The position numbers were made by a program, and so were the translations under genes. A DNA stretch of 64,000 nucleotides from an uncultured Alphaproteobacteria bacterium (lineage in GTDB: Bacteria > Pseudomonadota > Alphaproteobacteria > CAAHEQ01 > UBA3637). Below, piece by piece: positions 1 to 9,918 of the stretch (within the stretch, counting starts at the first letter, position 1; the number at the start of each line of letters is the position of its first letter). The DNA lies in assembly GCA_934234055.1 (NCBI GenBank), contig CAKQGY010000001.1, positions 14,035 through 78,034 on the forward strand, read 5' to 3'. The notes under the pieces are model-generated. The model was not told the origin of the DNA. It searched no databases and saw nothing but the letters and a program-made list of their open reading frames with translations.

Positions 1-1233
1 AAGTTCATCACACCCGAGTATCGCTCGTTCGGCTATCTGCTCTTGACCCCCCAGGCGTTGGCCGATCGCGTGCCGGTATCGGACGCTGAAATTGACGCCG
101 TTTATGCGGATCGTCAGGATCAATACACCACCCCCGAAAAGCGTGCCGTCAGCCAGATGTATTTTGCGGATGAGGCCGCTGCCCGTGCTGCGATGCAGGG
201 TTTAACTCCCGCCAATTTTGACACGGTTGCGACACAAAAGGCCGGCCAAAAATCCGCCGACACCGATTTCGGCTTTGTGGCACAAAACGAACTGATGGAA
301 GAACTGGCTGCCCCGGTTTTTGCGGCCAAGAAAAATCAGATTTTGGGCCCGATTGAGGGGGTATCCGGCTGGCATATTTTGCTGGTGCGTGATATCCAAC
401 CGGCCAAAACGACTCCCAAGTCCGCGGTTCGAGATCAAATTAAGCAACAGCTGGCTTATGAGAAGGCGTATGATTTAATGGCCGATACCACCCGTCGCCT
501 GGAAGATATTTTAGGCGTGGGTGATTCGTTGGACAAGGCTGCCAAGGAATTAAAATTGCCACTCAAACATATTCGTGAGACGGACATCACCGGCCACCTC
601 TCTGACGGCCGCGATCTGGACAAAGCTCTTGCCGTGCCTGAATTGTTGCAAAGCCTCTTTACCCTTCAAAAGGGCGAAACCACTCCTCTGGTGGACAGCG
701 CAAACGGCCTTGTCGTGGCGCAATTGGATGACATTCGCCCCGTCGGGACCAAACCGTTTCAATCTGTCCAAGACGAACTTACCCGTCTTTGGACGGCCGA
801 TCGCCAAAAGGATCAGATGACCAAGCTTGCCGACAAAGTAATAGCGCGTGCGGCTCAGGGCACATCTTTGGCGGCTCAATCGGCTTTTGCACCGGTCAAG
901 CTGACCCATGTCAAGAATCTGACGCGATCCGGGAATGATCAGTTTTCTCCCGCCACAACCGCCGAAGTGTTCCGTCAGACGACCGGAGCGGCCGGAATGA
1001 CACGCATTGCGGACGGCGACACCTTGATTATTTCCGAGGTAACGCGAATCAAGACGCCTGATGTTGCCAAAGATTCGGCTGCTTATGCCAAAGCGCGCGC
1101 GGATTTAGAGTCGCTGCTTGCCACCGAGTTAGCCTCGACTGTCACGGCGGAATACGGGAATATGTTGGGTGTTCATGTCAACACGCCCGAGATTGATCGT
1201 GCTTTTTCGGTTTATACCACTTCACAGGAATAG
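1..1233 (+). CDS. ppiD: Periplasmic parvulin-type peptidyl-prolyl isomerase / chaperone, PpiD-like, with its 5' end outside the window
   Basis: ORF 43..1233 stays open in the same frame back to nt 1. It has a parvulin-like segment (ILGPIEGVSGWHILLV) followed by a roughly 280-aa C-terminal chaperone region, which is PpiD-like architecture rather than SurA. The periplasmic chaperone context fits. Confidence 0.65.
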   Translation, partial: KFITPEYRSFGYLLLTPQALADRVPVSDAEIDAVYADRQDQYTTPEKRAVSQMYFADEAAARAAMQGLTPANFDTVATQKAGQKSADTDFGFVAQNELMEELAAPVFAAKKNQILGPIEGVSGWHILLVRDIQPAKTTPKSAVRDQIKQQLAYEKAYDLMADTTRRLEDILGVGDSLDKAAKELKLPLKHIRETDITGHLSDGRDLDKALAVPELLQSLFTLQKGETTPLVDSANGLVVAQLDDIRPVGTKPFQSVQDELTRLWTADRQKDQMTKLADKVIARAAQGTSLAAQSAFAPVKLTHVKNLTRSGNDQFSPATTAEVFRQTTGAAGMTRIADGDTLIISEVTRIKTPDVAKDSAAYAKARADLESLLATELASTVTAEYGNMLGVHVNTPEIDRAFSVYTTSQE

Positions 1234-1239
1234 GAGTTT

Positions 1240-1824
1240 ATGATGAAGAAAATTATTTTGGCTTGTGCTTTAACGATATTGTTGTCCCTGCCGGTTCAGG
1301 CGGCCAGCCCCTTTGTTCGCTCGGGTGGTCTTAAAAACGGACTGTATTTTGCGATTCGCGCGGGTGGTTCGGATTTAACGATTAAAAGCAACGGTGAAAA
1401 AGATCATAAATCGTCGCTATTGTGGATCAACTCTCTGGGTGCACGCCTCAATCGCCTGCGGTTTGAGGCCGAGTGGACCAACTTCGCCCGTGCGCGTTTT
1501 GAAAACGCCAAGATTCGCCAACAACGGTATATGTTGCAGGCCTATTATGATATTCCGGTGCGCTTGCTGGTGCGTCCGTTCGTGAATGTGGGTGCCGGTG
1601 CCGCGTATACCGAGGCCGATATAGAGGGGTCCAGCGACAGCCACGACGATACGACATTTGCGTGGAATGCGGGTGCGGGGTTGGCCATCAACATTACCTC
1701 GCGGATCAGTTTTGATGTCGGCTATCGTTATTTTGACGCCGGTAAGGCTCGTATGATCAAGGGTGCTGCCCGTCAACACCTCACGGGACACGAGGGATAT
1801 ACCGGTGTTCGCATCAGTTTCTAG
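1240..1824 (+). CDS. Outer-membrane beta-barrel protein (OmpA-like TM or OmpW-type small barrel)
   Basis: Signal peptide MMKKIILACALTILLSLPVQA. The sequence shows alternating amphipathic beta-strand character and ends in a C-terminal Phe (GVRISF), which is the OM beta-signal. Confidence 0.65.
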   Translation: MMKKIILACALTILLSLPVQAASPFVRSGGLKNGLYFAIRAGGSDLTIKSNGEKDHKSSLLWINSLGARLNRLRFEAEWTNFARARFENAKIRQQRYMLQAYYDIPVRLLVRPFVNVGAGAAYTEADIEGSSDSHDDTTFAWNAGAGLAINITSRISFDVGYRYFDAGKARMIKGAARQHLTGHEGYTGVRISF

Positions 1825-2743
1825 GTTTTAACCGCCATATCACAAACCGCCCGCCCAGGTAAAGGCTTGCCATAATAAACGGCAGGAAGTAGTAAAGCAC
1901 CCGGAACAGAGCCAGACTTGCCAAGATTCCGCCTTTGTCGCTGCCGGTATGCGGAAACAGATACAGGAAAGTCCCCTCGAATACGCCGATTCCGCCCGGC
2001 ACTTGGGTTGTCAGGCCAATGGTTTGCGCGATGATAAAGACCATAAACGCCGGTATGATCGGCGCATGGATGTGATAGCGCAACAGGATATAAAAGCATA
2101 GGAATAAGGTAATATTATCTCCCAATCCCACCATTATTTGTTTCAGTGTCAGTATGGGCGAGGGGGCCTCTATCACATGCCCCGCCACAGACATATTTTT
2201 GCCCCGTCGCACCCAGATCAGGTAATATAGGACAAAGCCAGCGACCACGCCACCGGCCGACCAATACAGGGCTTTCAGATACGATACACCGCTTAAAATT
2301 TTTTCATACGGAGCCAATCCCACCGCCAGCACATAGGCCGCGCCCATTCCCATCAAGATCGTCAAACTTTCAAAGGCAATCACGCGGATAATTTCGGCGC
2401 GTGTCAACCCTTGCGGCAGATAGAACAAGTATCGCACCGACCCGCCGGCGACATAGGCATGCCCGCTTGTATTACTAATTGCAAATCCGATAGAGGAGGC
2501 TTCCAATATCCTTCGATAGGGTAAAGATTTATGTATATATTCCAGTGCCGTTATATCATATCCCGACAGGACTGTAAAGTTTACCCCTGCGATTAAAACG
2601 GCCGCACCAATTACCCACAAAGGCGTTGACAAGATTTGGCCCCACAGATATTTTGCGCCCACTAATTCCACTTCTTTAATGATCAGCCACAACGCGATCC
2701 CAAAGAAGATAAAACTAACCAACTGTATAATTTTATCAATCAT
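1814..2743 (-). CDS. Polytopic membrane protein of the lysylphosphatidylglycerol-synthase TM-region / flippase-like family (UPF0104)
   Basis: 309 aa with about 8 TM helices. The N-terminus (KIIQLVSFIFFGIALWLIIKEVEL...) and overall layout are typical of the LPG_synthase_TM (DUF2156-associated) flippase-like domain. Confidence 0.55.
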   Translation of the reverse strand: MIDKIIQLVSFIFFGIALWLIIKEVELVGAKYLWGQILSTPLWVIGAAVLIAGVNFTVLSGYDITALEYIHKSLPYRRILEASSIGFAISNTSGHAYVAGGSVRYLFYLPQGLTRAEIIRVIAFESLTILMGMGAAYVLAVGLAPYEKILSGVSYLKALYWSAGGVVAGFVLYYLIWVRRGKNMSVAGHVIEAPSPILTLKQIMVGLGDNITLFLCFYILLRYHIHAPIIPAFMVFIIAQTIGLTTQVPGGIGVFEGTFLYLFPHTGSDKGGILASLALFRVLYYFLPFIMASLYLGGRFVIWRLKPRN

Positions 2744-2747
2744 GGCA

Positions 2748-3968
2748 CTAGAACATCAGTGTTGCGCGAATGGAGCTCACTGTTGCCGTGCGATGATTTT
2801 GATTGGCTCCGGGATTGATATAGAATTGAACATCCGGCGTAATCGTCATAAAGTTAGATACCCCCCACGCCCAATAGGCTTCCAGCACATTTTCCACCGC
2901 GCGCGTGCCGCTGTTTTCGGCCGTGTCAATTTTGTTGACCGCCCCCGCCAGCCCGATCTGATCCAAGGCATTACGTCCCAACGGGTTATTATACACCACC
3001 CCCAGCACATAGGATTGCTCGATTTCGGTCGGTGTATGCGTTGTGCCGTTGGCGCGAGCAAAGACGCCCCATTTATCGCCGATATTTTGTTGCAGGTTCA
3101 CACTCCATCCCTGACTGGTTTGGGGTTGCGCGCCCACCGACGGTTGATAGTAGTATAGAAAGCTGTAAGTCCCTTGCCCCAGCCCCTCAATCATCGGCGT
3201 ATAACTGACGCCGGCAAAGCCGGTATAGTGCCCTTTACCGAAATCGTGTGTGCTGATTCGATTGCCGGCGACATTATGCGCGTCCTGAAACCCGGCTGTC
3301 AAGCTGATTAAATTGTTCGGCGCATAGGTCACATAGCCTCCCAAACTGGCCGTCGGATAGGCCGATGACGCATTTTGCGACAACGAGTCATTCAAAAAGT
3401 TGATCTGCTGATTCGAGTCATACGACCCCCCGTCAAAGTTAGAAATCGGAAATTGTCCCACCGTCAGGGACAGGCCGCTTAAATCCCCCGGCAGTTGGTG
3501 CGTATACGACAGCTGATTAAACTCGTTTTCGTTGGTGGTATAGTCATTAAATGCCGACACCAGGCCGATACGGTTATTCACGCGTGCGGCATTTGTCCCC
3601 CAATAGCGCACGGCGGTATAGGCGATTTGAGCCGACCCGCTGCCCCAAGTATCCGACTGAAACATATCCCAATTTGCAGTGCCATAGTATTGCGTTTGCC
3701 AGGGCGTGCCTTTTCCGCCGGGACTGCCGCGTTGTCCCAACACCGAGACGTCCAGTGAATAGCTTAGTCCCGTCTCCGCTGCCAATCGTTTTTTGAAATC
3801 AGCATAGTCTTTTTCCAAGGTTTTCTCTGCCGCCAGCAATCCGCGATAGACGCTGTGATCTCGCCGTTTTATTCCGTTTTTATGGGTGTCTGAGGCCCAT
3901 GCTTCCCCGCTCACAGCCCCCAAGATTGCCACCAATCCGATTCCCGCCAATAATATCCGTTTCATCAT
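2748..3968 (-). CDS. Outer-membrane porin, OprB-like carbohydrate-selective family suggested
   Basis: Signal peptide ending at AWA. 406 aa, Gly/Tyr/Asn-rich with beta-strand periodicity and a C-terminal Phe (RATLMF). Confidence 0.5.
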   Translation of the reverse strand: MMKRILLAGIGLVAILGAVSGEAWASDTHKNGIKRRDHSVYRGLLAAEKTLEKDYADFKKRLAAETGLSYSLDVSVLGQRGSPGGKGTPWQTQYYGTANWDMFQSDTWGSGSAQIAYTAVRYWGTNAARVNNRIGLVSAFNDYTTNENEFNQLSYTHQLPGDLSGLSLTVGQFPISNFDGGSYDSNQQINFLNDSLSQNASSAYPTASLGGYVTYAPNNLISLTAGFQDAHNVAGNRISTHDFGKGHYTGFAGVSYTPMIEGLGQGTYSFLYYYQPSVGAQPQTSQGWSVNLQQNIGDKWGVFARANGTTHTPTEIEQSYVLGVVYNNPLGRNALDQIGLAGAVNKIDTAENSGTRAVENVLEAYWAWGVSNFMTITPDVQFYINPGANQNHRTATVSSIRATLMF

Positions 3969-4045
3969 TTCCCTCCTTGTTGATGATACGGTTTATATAG
4001 GGACCTGTTCCCTTTTGCGGAAGAGTATCTTTCCCCGACTTTCGG

Positions 4046-7000
4046 CTAGAACAACCGCCCCAAGATTCCCGGCGCCATAGACCCCAATGTTTTGAAGGTC
4101 ACTTGCGGTGCCCACGGTGTGCCGGTGGTTTCGTATTTCACACCGACCAATCCGCCGCCTTGCCCGTCGCGGAACAAAGCCCCCACCAGCGGTATTTTTC
4201 CCGGCAGGCTGTTGATGGCATAGGCCGGAATGACCGCTCCCGTCAAGGCTACTTGATGCCATCCGACATCCCCCGCAAAAGTCAGGCCCAGAGTCGTCCC
4301 CGACATCACACCGTTTTGGATTGTCAAGGTCAAATTCGGCACCGGTGTCAGGGTAAAGGGCACTTCCACCCGATCAAAGGATAAATCTTGGTCAAAAATA
4401 CCGTTGACAATACCCAATATCGTAAATGCCTGCACCAAAAATCCCGGCGTTTTCAGGTTAAAGTGCTGCATATTCGCCGTGCCGGTAAAGACTCCCAGCG
4501 GCGATTGTTCGGCGGTAATCACCAATCGTCCGCCTTGAATCCGATCGCTGATTCCCAATCGCTCCAACAAATCGCCCAAGTCATTCGTCTGTGCCCGCAG
4601 CAGTCTGTTCAGCGGTGTATAATTCACCGTAAAGGCCTCTTTTCCCGTCGCTGTCAGGATCAAAGAGTCCCACACAAATCCTTGCCGTCGGCCGATAATT
4701 TTTACACCCGTCAGGGGCTTATCCGCCACCAAAGTCAACTTCCCGACGGCCATATCCATATCTATGTCGGGCCAAGGTGCCACGGGTTGCATTTCCCCGG
4801 CCGGCGCATCGGTTTTTTCCGCGGCTTTTTCCAAAGTCATCCAGTCTTGCATATTCCACGATTCCGCATCCAGGCGCAGCACTGCCCGCTGCTTGGCATC
4901 GGCTTCAAAACGCCCGCGCATAATCGTTCCCGGCGCCATCAGGTTATCCAGCTCAATTTTCAGACCGTCTCCTGTTGCAAAGTGCGCCTGTGCTTTTATC
5001 GGTTGCTTGCTTTGCGTATCGGCATATCCTTGTATGCTTGCTTCTCCGTGCCAGGTTTGCCCCGCTCCCGTCAGCGTGATTTTCCCCGTCAAAGGCACCC
5101 CCACCGGTTTTTTTACCGAAATCGGATACAGGTTCACCGCTGCTGCTTTCAGGTTCAAGTCTCCTTGTATTGTCCAAATATCGGCCACCGTTTTAGTGAT
5201 TTTTCCCGTCAGGCCGACCGTCCCGTTGCCCCAATCGGTTGCCGCAGGATACAGGGGTTGAATTGTTGCTATCGGCACTTGTCCCGCAATATCATAGCGC
5301 GTTTGAATTTCGTCGTTTTTTTCGGCGGTAAATGACTCTACCCATTTCAAGGTCAGCGGTATTCCCGCCACCGTTCCCGTCCCGTTCAGGCGCAGGGCGT
5401 TGTTATCCACCACCAGGTTCAGCGCTCCGTTTTCCAGGCGATAGGCCTCGGCCGGCGTCGGAAAGCCCCCGTTCGTAATGGCTGCTTTTGTCTTTACCCG
5501 CACCTGATTTTGGTTCAAGTCTTCAATCAAGGGAAACTTCAAGTCCACCTGCACGGTTGCATTGCCGCCGGTTTTGGCGGGATCTATACCGAACAGTTGC
5601 GGAAACTCCAATGGTTTTTGTGCGATCAGATCCAAAGCCTCTGCCACCGGCCCCACCACATTCAATCGTATGTCGGCCTGCGCAATCTCGTCTTGCAGGT
5701 TTATTAGATCCACTTGTGCCGTCGTCAGGTTCAGGTTCCCCACCCGCCCTTGCGTGCCGCTGATCAGGACCTTATCCGGATACAGACGCACCAGCCCCGC
5801 AAAGTCGTCCACCGGTTTCATCGGGCTTAAATAGTCCACCCGCACGCCTCGCACCGGCATTTCGCCATACAGGTTCACCAGTTCCCCTCCCGTGAAATAG
5901 AGCGTAAAGTCGGCTTTATCCACCGTCCCGGATTTCAGGTTTTGCTTCACCCAAGCATGTGCGTCCGGCCCGGTTGCCGGCGGCCAAACATCGGGCACCT
6001 GCACCATCGGCAGGGACGAGATATGTGCGTCCAGCACCGTCTTCACCGCGTTCAAGTCGTTCGCATCTATCAGGCGATCCAGCCCTGCCACCGTCACTTC
6101 CAAGTCCGCTTTCGGCCCGTTTTTCAGCCACACCGCCGATTTCCCGATTTTCAGGTTTTTCAATCCCGCTTCCCACGCGCCGTTGATGGTGGCCGTTTTA
6201 ATATGATACAGGTTCGTCAGCGGCTCCGGCAGGTTCAAGGTCCCCCCCGTTTCCGTCTTTAATTGAAAAGTCCCTTTTCCCACCAGGTGCGACAGGCTTT
6301 TTGCCGGTTTTGACAGGTTCAACATCCCCTCAACATTTGCCGCCACGGTTAGGTCCGCCCCCGCCAGCACCGGTATCACGCGTGCCAGGTTTTTCAGATA
6401 CAGTGCATCCACTTCCGCGTCAAAGCTCATGTGTTTACGCATACGATTGTATTCCGCTTGCACATTAAAACGCGTTAAATCCTTTTGGATTTTAAACATA
6501 CCGCTCATTTGGATTGCGTGATTGAATCCGAATTGTTTTTCCATCAGGATATCCATATTCGGAATACTAAGGCGTTGATGTTGTTGCTGATCATCTACAT
6601 ACAAACTGATATCATTCAAAGCCAGCGCATTAAAAGCCAACAGTCTCTCAATTGTTTTGTCAATATCGGGTGCGCCGTCGCCTTTCAACCACACCCCGTC
6701 CGCTGTTTCTTCGGGCTCGTTCTCGCCCCGGTTTGACAGGCGCACATTCCCCTCCGGTGTAATTTCAATCCGCAGCACCACCCGATTGATTCGCAACGTA
6801 TCGGGCATATAGTTCAAACTCACAATATGCCACAGCCCATACGACATTTGCACATCGTCCAGTTTCAGGGCGATTTTCCCGTCCGGCCGCACCAAAGCCA
6901 GGTCCGCCACATCAATATGCAACAACCCTTCATCATGCAAAGACGCCTTTAACATCGCCGATTTTGCCTGTAATTTCAGGTTGCTTCCCTCCGGCAAGAT

Positions 7001-7165
7001 ATAGCTCTCCAAGGCCGGCAGCAATTCGGTGATATTCATCGGTTCGGCATACAGCTTTCCGATAATCAGACCCAGCATCACAATTCCCAAAGCCACCACG
7101 ATCGCCATCCCGTGGACGACGGCTTTGATCACGCGCTTGATTGCCTTTTTCAGTTTTTTCTTCAT
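4046..7165 (-). CDS. AsmA-family protein (AsmA/TamB-like outer-membrane assembly factor), about 1040 aa
   Basis: The true start is ATG at 7165 (MKKKLKKAIKRVIKAVVHGMAIVVALGIVMLGLIIG, an N-terminal TM anchor). The tracked ORF start at 7408 overlaps the upstream PiT gene. The protein is long and beta-rich with an AsmA-like C-terminal region. Its start overlaps the upstream stop as TGATG. Confidence 0.7.
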   Translation of the reverse strand: MKKKLKKAIKRVIKAVVHGMAIVVALGIVMLGLIIGKLYAEPMNITELLPALESYILPEGSNLKLQAKSAMLKASLHDEGLLHIDVADLALVRPDGKIALKLDDVQMSYGLWHIVSLNYMPDTLRINRVVLRIEITPEGNVRLSNRGENEPEETADGVWLKGDGAPDIDKTIERLLAFNALALNDISLYVDDQQQHQRLSIPNMDILMEKQFGFNHAIQMSGMFKIQKDLTRFNVQAEYNRMRKHMSFDAEVDALYLKNLARVIPVLAGADLTVAANVEGMLNLSKPAKSLSHLVGKGTFQLKTETGGTLNLPEPLTNLYHIKTATINGAWEAGLKNLKIGKSAVWLKNGPKADLEVTVAGLDRLIDANDLNAVKTVLDAHISSLPMVQVPDVWPPATGPDAHAWVKQNLKSGTVDKADFTLYFTGGELVNLYGEMPVRGVRVDYLSPMKPVDDFAGLVRLYPDKVLISGTQGRVGNLNLTTAQVDLINLQDEIAQADIRLNVVGPVAEALDLIAQKPLEFPQLFGIDPAKTGGNATVQVDLKFPLIEDLNQNQVRVKTKAAITNGGFPTPAEAYRLENGALNLVVDNNALRLNGTGTVAGIPLTLKWVESFTAEKNDEIQTRYDIAGQVPIATIQPLYPAATDWGNGTVGLTGKITKTVADIWTIQGDLNLKAAAVNLYPISVKKPVGVPLTGKITLTGAGQTWHGEASIQGYADTQSKQPIKAQAHFATGDGLKIELDNLMAPGTIMRGRFEADAKQRAVLRLDAESWNMQDWMTLEKAAEKTDAPAGEMQPVAPWPDIDMDMAVGKLTLVADKPLTGVKIIGRRQGFVWDSLILTATGKEAFTVNYTPLNRLLRAQTNDLGDLLERLGISDRIQGGRLVITAEQSPLGVFTGTANMQHFNLKTPGFLVQAFTILGIVNGIFDQDLSFDRVEVPFTLTPVPNLTLTIQNGVMSGTTLGLTFAGDVGWHQVALTGAVIPAYAINSLPGKIPLVGALFRDGQGGGLVGVKYETTGTPWAPQVTFKTLGSMAPGILGRLF

Positions 7166-8157
7166 CAGCCCATTCCCCGCATCAGGATCAACAACCCCCA
7201 ACTTAAACCGCCGGCGACCACCGGCACCAAGAACCATGATAAGATAATACGACCTAAAATCCCAAAACGCAAGCCATAACCGCCTCTTGCCAACGAAATA
7301 CCGCAGATAGCGCCGATAATGACACCGGACACAGGGATTGGCACCAACGGAAACGCGGGCAGGTGCCATTCGCGCAGTTCTTCCTGCCATTCCTGCAATG
7401 AAAAGCAAAACAGGCTGACGGCGGTGGCCGCCATCACGACCAAAGCCTCCACCGGCGACAGCGGGAACAAGCGCGAACTCACCGTTGCGATCACTTTTTT
7501 ATTTGCCATTAAAAAGCCGATTCCCACAAAAATGCACACAACAATAATCACCCCATACGCCGGCAGATCCGGATAGACTTCCAGATACGGCCCCACAATC
7601 GTGCCGACATTATTCGCCCCCAGGGCATAGGCCGCCCACGTGCACGCCAGCACCAACCCCACGCGCACCATGCTGTCGCGGATAAAGAGAGATACCGGCC
7701 ACCGTGTCAAAGCCCGCCGACACAGGAACATCAGGATTCCGCTGATCACGCTTGCGATCACGGGCGCCATCAGCCATGCCTCCGCCATTTGCCGCATCAA
7801 GGGCCAATCCACCACGGCCGCCCGCGCGATATTCCATCCCACCAACGCCCCGATCATCGTTTGCATCAGTGAGGTTGGTGTCCCCCGCAGTGAAAACACC
7901 TCCTGCACCAAAAACGCCGTAAAGATAACCACCAACAGTTCTTCCGGTTTGTCCAGTTGCCCCAGTTGCGCAACACTGGCCGTTGTGCCGGCGCCGCTGA
8001 CCAAGGCTCCTGCCAGCACCGCAATCCCTGCCACCACCGCTGCGGTTTTCAGGCGCACCATGCGTGTGCCGACCGCCGTGCCGAACAGGTTCCCCAGGTT
8101 ATTTTTCCCCAAGGACCACGCCAATATTATCGCACCCAAGTAAGTCAACCAAATCAT
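7165..8157 (-). CDS. pit: Inorganic phosphate transporter, PiT family
   Basis: Two PHO4 repeats carrying GKNNLGNLFGTAVGT and GANNVGTIVGPY signature motifs, in a polytopic membrane protein. Confidence 0.85.
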   Translation of the reverse strand: MIWLTYLGAIILAWSLGKNNLGNLFGTAVGTRMVRLKTAAVVAGIAVLAGALVSGAGTTASVAQLGQLDKPEELLVVIFTAFLVQEVFSLRGTPTSLMQTMIGALVGWNIARAAVVDWPLMRQMAEAWLMAPVIASVISGILMFLCRRALTRWPVSLFIRDSMVRVGLVLACTWAAYALGANNVGTIVGPYLEVYPDLPAYGVIIVVCIFVGIGFLMANKKVIATVSSRLFPLSPVEALVVMAATAVSLFCFSLQEWQEELREWHLPAFPLVPIPVSGVIIGAICGISLARGGYGLRFGILGRIILSWFLVPVVAGGLSWGLLILMRGMG

Positions 8158-8798
8158 ACAGCGTGTTTCACCACAAACAAGGACAGTAAATCCGCCATAT
8201 CTTCGGCCATATCCGATATTTTTTCAATACTGTAAATAAATTCTTTTAATTGCAGTTGCCGTGCCAGGGGCAGTTTCAGTTCCTGGAATACTTTTTGCTT
8301 CAAGTCTATCGCCATCAGGTCCACCTGGTGTTCCAGGTTATAGACCTCTTGCACAAAGTCCGACACATGTGTCCCACCCAGGACGGTTTTCATACCCGAC
8401 ACCAACGTTCCCACACAGTTGATATTCACTGCTATCAGATGAGTTAAATCCGGCTTTAACGCGTCCGGGATTTCGGGGCATTCCACCGACACCAGGATCA
8501 GATCTGATTCGTATTTATTGATGATTTTATCACATCCTTCTATCAGGGATAAAATATCCGATCGCATATCCGGCAGCAGCATTTGCGCATACAGCTGATT
8601 TTCCACATCGCGGCGCAGGCTGTCATTTTCCGCTTCCAAGGCACTCACTTTCGCTCTCAGGTCCAAGAACACCGGCGACACCCCGTCGGCGAAATAGTGT
8701 TCAAACGCTTGCGAGACGAACAGTCCGCTTTGGATGATATTGATTAGGAAAGTGGTAATTTTTCCTTCCAGCTCTTTTGTTTTTTTGAATAATTCCAT
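8154..8798 (-). CDS. DUF47 family protein (PhoU-like; the conserved partner of PiT, as in ykaA-pit)
   Basis: 214-aa all-helical protein immediately upstream of pit with a 4-nt overlap. DUF47/TIGR00153 pairs with PiT in many genomes. Confidence 0.75.
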   Translation of the reverse strand: MELFKKTKELEGKITTFLINIIQSGLFVSQAFEHYFADGVSPVFLDLRAKVSALEAENDSLRRDVENQLYAQMLLPDMRSDILSLIEGCDKIINKYESDLILVSVECPEIPDALKPDLTHLIAVNINCVGTLVSGMKTVLGGTHVSDFVQEVYNLEHQVDLMAIDLKQKVFQELKLPLARQLQLKEFIYSIEKISDMAEDMADLLSLFVVKHAV

Positions 8799-8807
8799 AA
8801 CCCCTCC

Positions 8808-9909
8808 TTATTTTTTTGCCAATCCTGCCAGCGACGCGCGCATAAATCCGTCCAAATCGCCGTCCAGCACTCCGCCCGTATCCGAGGTCTCATACCCTGT
8901 GCGCAAATCTTTGACCATCTGATAGGGTTGCAGCACATACGATCGTATCTGGTTGCCCCAGCCGTTATCCCCCTTGGCGGCTTCCACGGCACCTTGTGCT
9001 TCCCGCCGTTTTTGCAGCTCCATTTCATACAGCCGTGCTTTCAGCATTCGCCATGCCTCATCGCGGTTTGCGAACTGACTGCGTTGTGTTTGACAGGCCA
9101 CCACAATCCCGGTCGGCAGGTGTGTAATTCGGATTGCGCTTTCCGTGCGGTTGACATGCTGCCCGCCCGCACCCGATGCCCGATACAGATCAATCCGACA
9201 ATCCGCCGGGTTAATGTCAATTTGGATTGAATCGTCCACCACCGGATAGACCCACACCGACGCAAAGCTGGTATGGCGTCGGGCATTTGAGTCAAAGGGC
9301 GAGATTCGCACCAACCGGTGCACACCCGATTCATATTTCAACCACCCATAGGCATTGGCTCCCGTGAATTTCAAGGTTGCCGATTTAATGCCGGCTTCTT
9401 CGCCCTCACTTTCTTCCAGCAGTTGCACCTGATACCCGGCGCGTTCACCCCATCTCATATACATGCGCAACAGCATACTGGCCCAATCTTGAGATTCCGT
9501 TCCCCCCGCGCCCGAGTGTATTTCCAAAAAGGCGTCATTTTTATCGCCCTCTGCGGACAGCAGACTTTCCAGTTCAGCCTTTTCCATATCCTCTTTCATT
9601 GCTGTCAAAGCCTTTTCCGCCTCCGCCAGCAATTCCGGCTCATTTTCCGCCTCCGCCAGTTCCAGCATTTCATAGTTGTCGCCAAATCGTTTTTCCAAGT
9701 CTTTAACCCGTGTCAGCGCCTCGGCCAAAGTATTGCGTTCGGTCATCAATTTTTGCGCCCGTTCCGGATTGTCCCACAGGCTTCCTTCCGCCGTCAGCGC
9801 GTCCAATTCTTCCAACTTCAACAGGGCATTATCCCAGTCAAAGACGCTCCTTAAGAAGCGCCAGCACTTCTCTGTATTTTTCGCTTAAAGAAATCATTTC
9901 TGCTTTCAT
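8808..9909 (-). CDS. prfB: Peptide chain release factor 2, made through a programmed +1 ribosomal frameshift
   Basis: [20 protein letters not shown] and GGQ ([12 protein letters not shown]) motifs. ORF0 ([23 protein letters not shown]-stop) ends in CTT TGA C, which is preceded by AAGGAG. The +1 frame continues as [16 protein letters not shown]... Confidence 0.9.
9838..9856 (-). other. prfB programmed +1 frameshift cassette (SD-like AAGGAG, 3 nt, CUU UGA C)
   Basis: Minus-strand reading gives cttAAGGAGcgtCTTTGAC. This is the classic autoregulatory RF2 recoding site. Confidence 0.85.
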
Positions 9910-9918
9910 TGTGTTCTC

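Noticed and set aside
7165-7408. 81-codon N-terminal extension of the AsmA-like ORF, overlapping pit.
   Set aside because: The extension is antisense-like junk that overlaps the PiT coding sequence. MKKKLKK with the TM anchor at 7165 is the consistent start.
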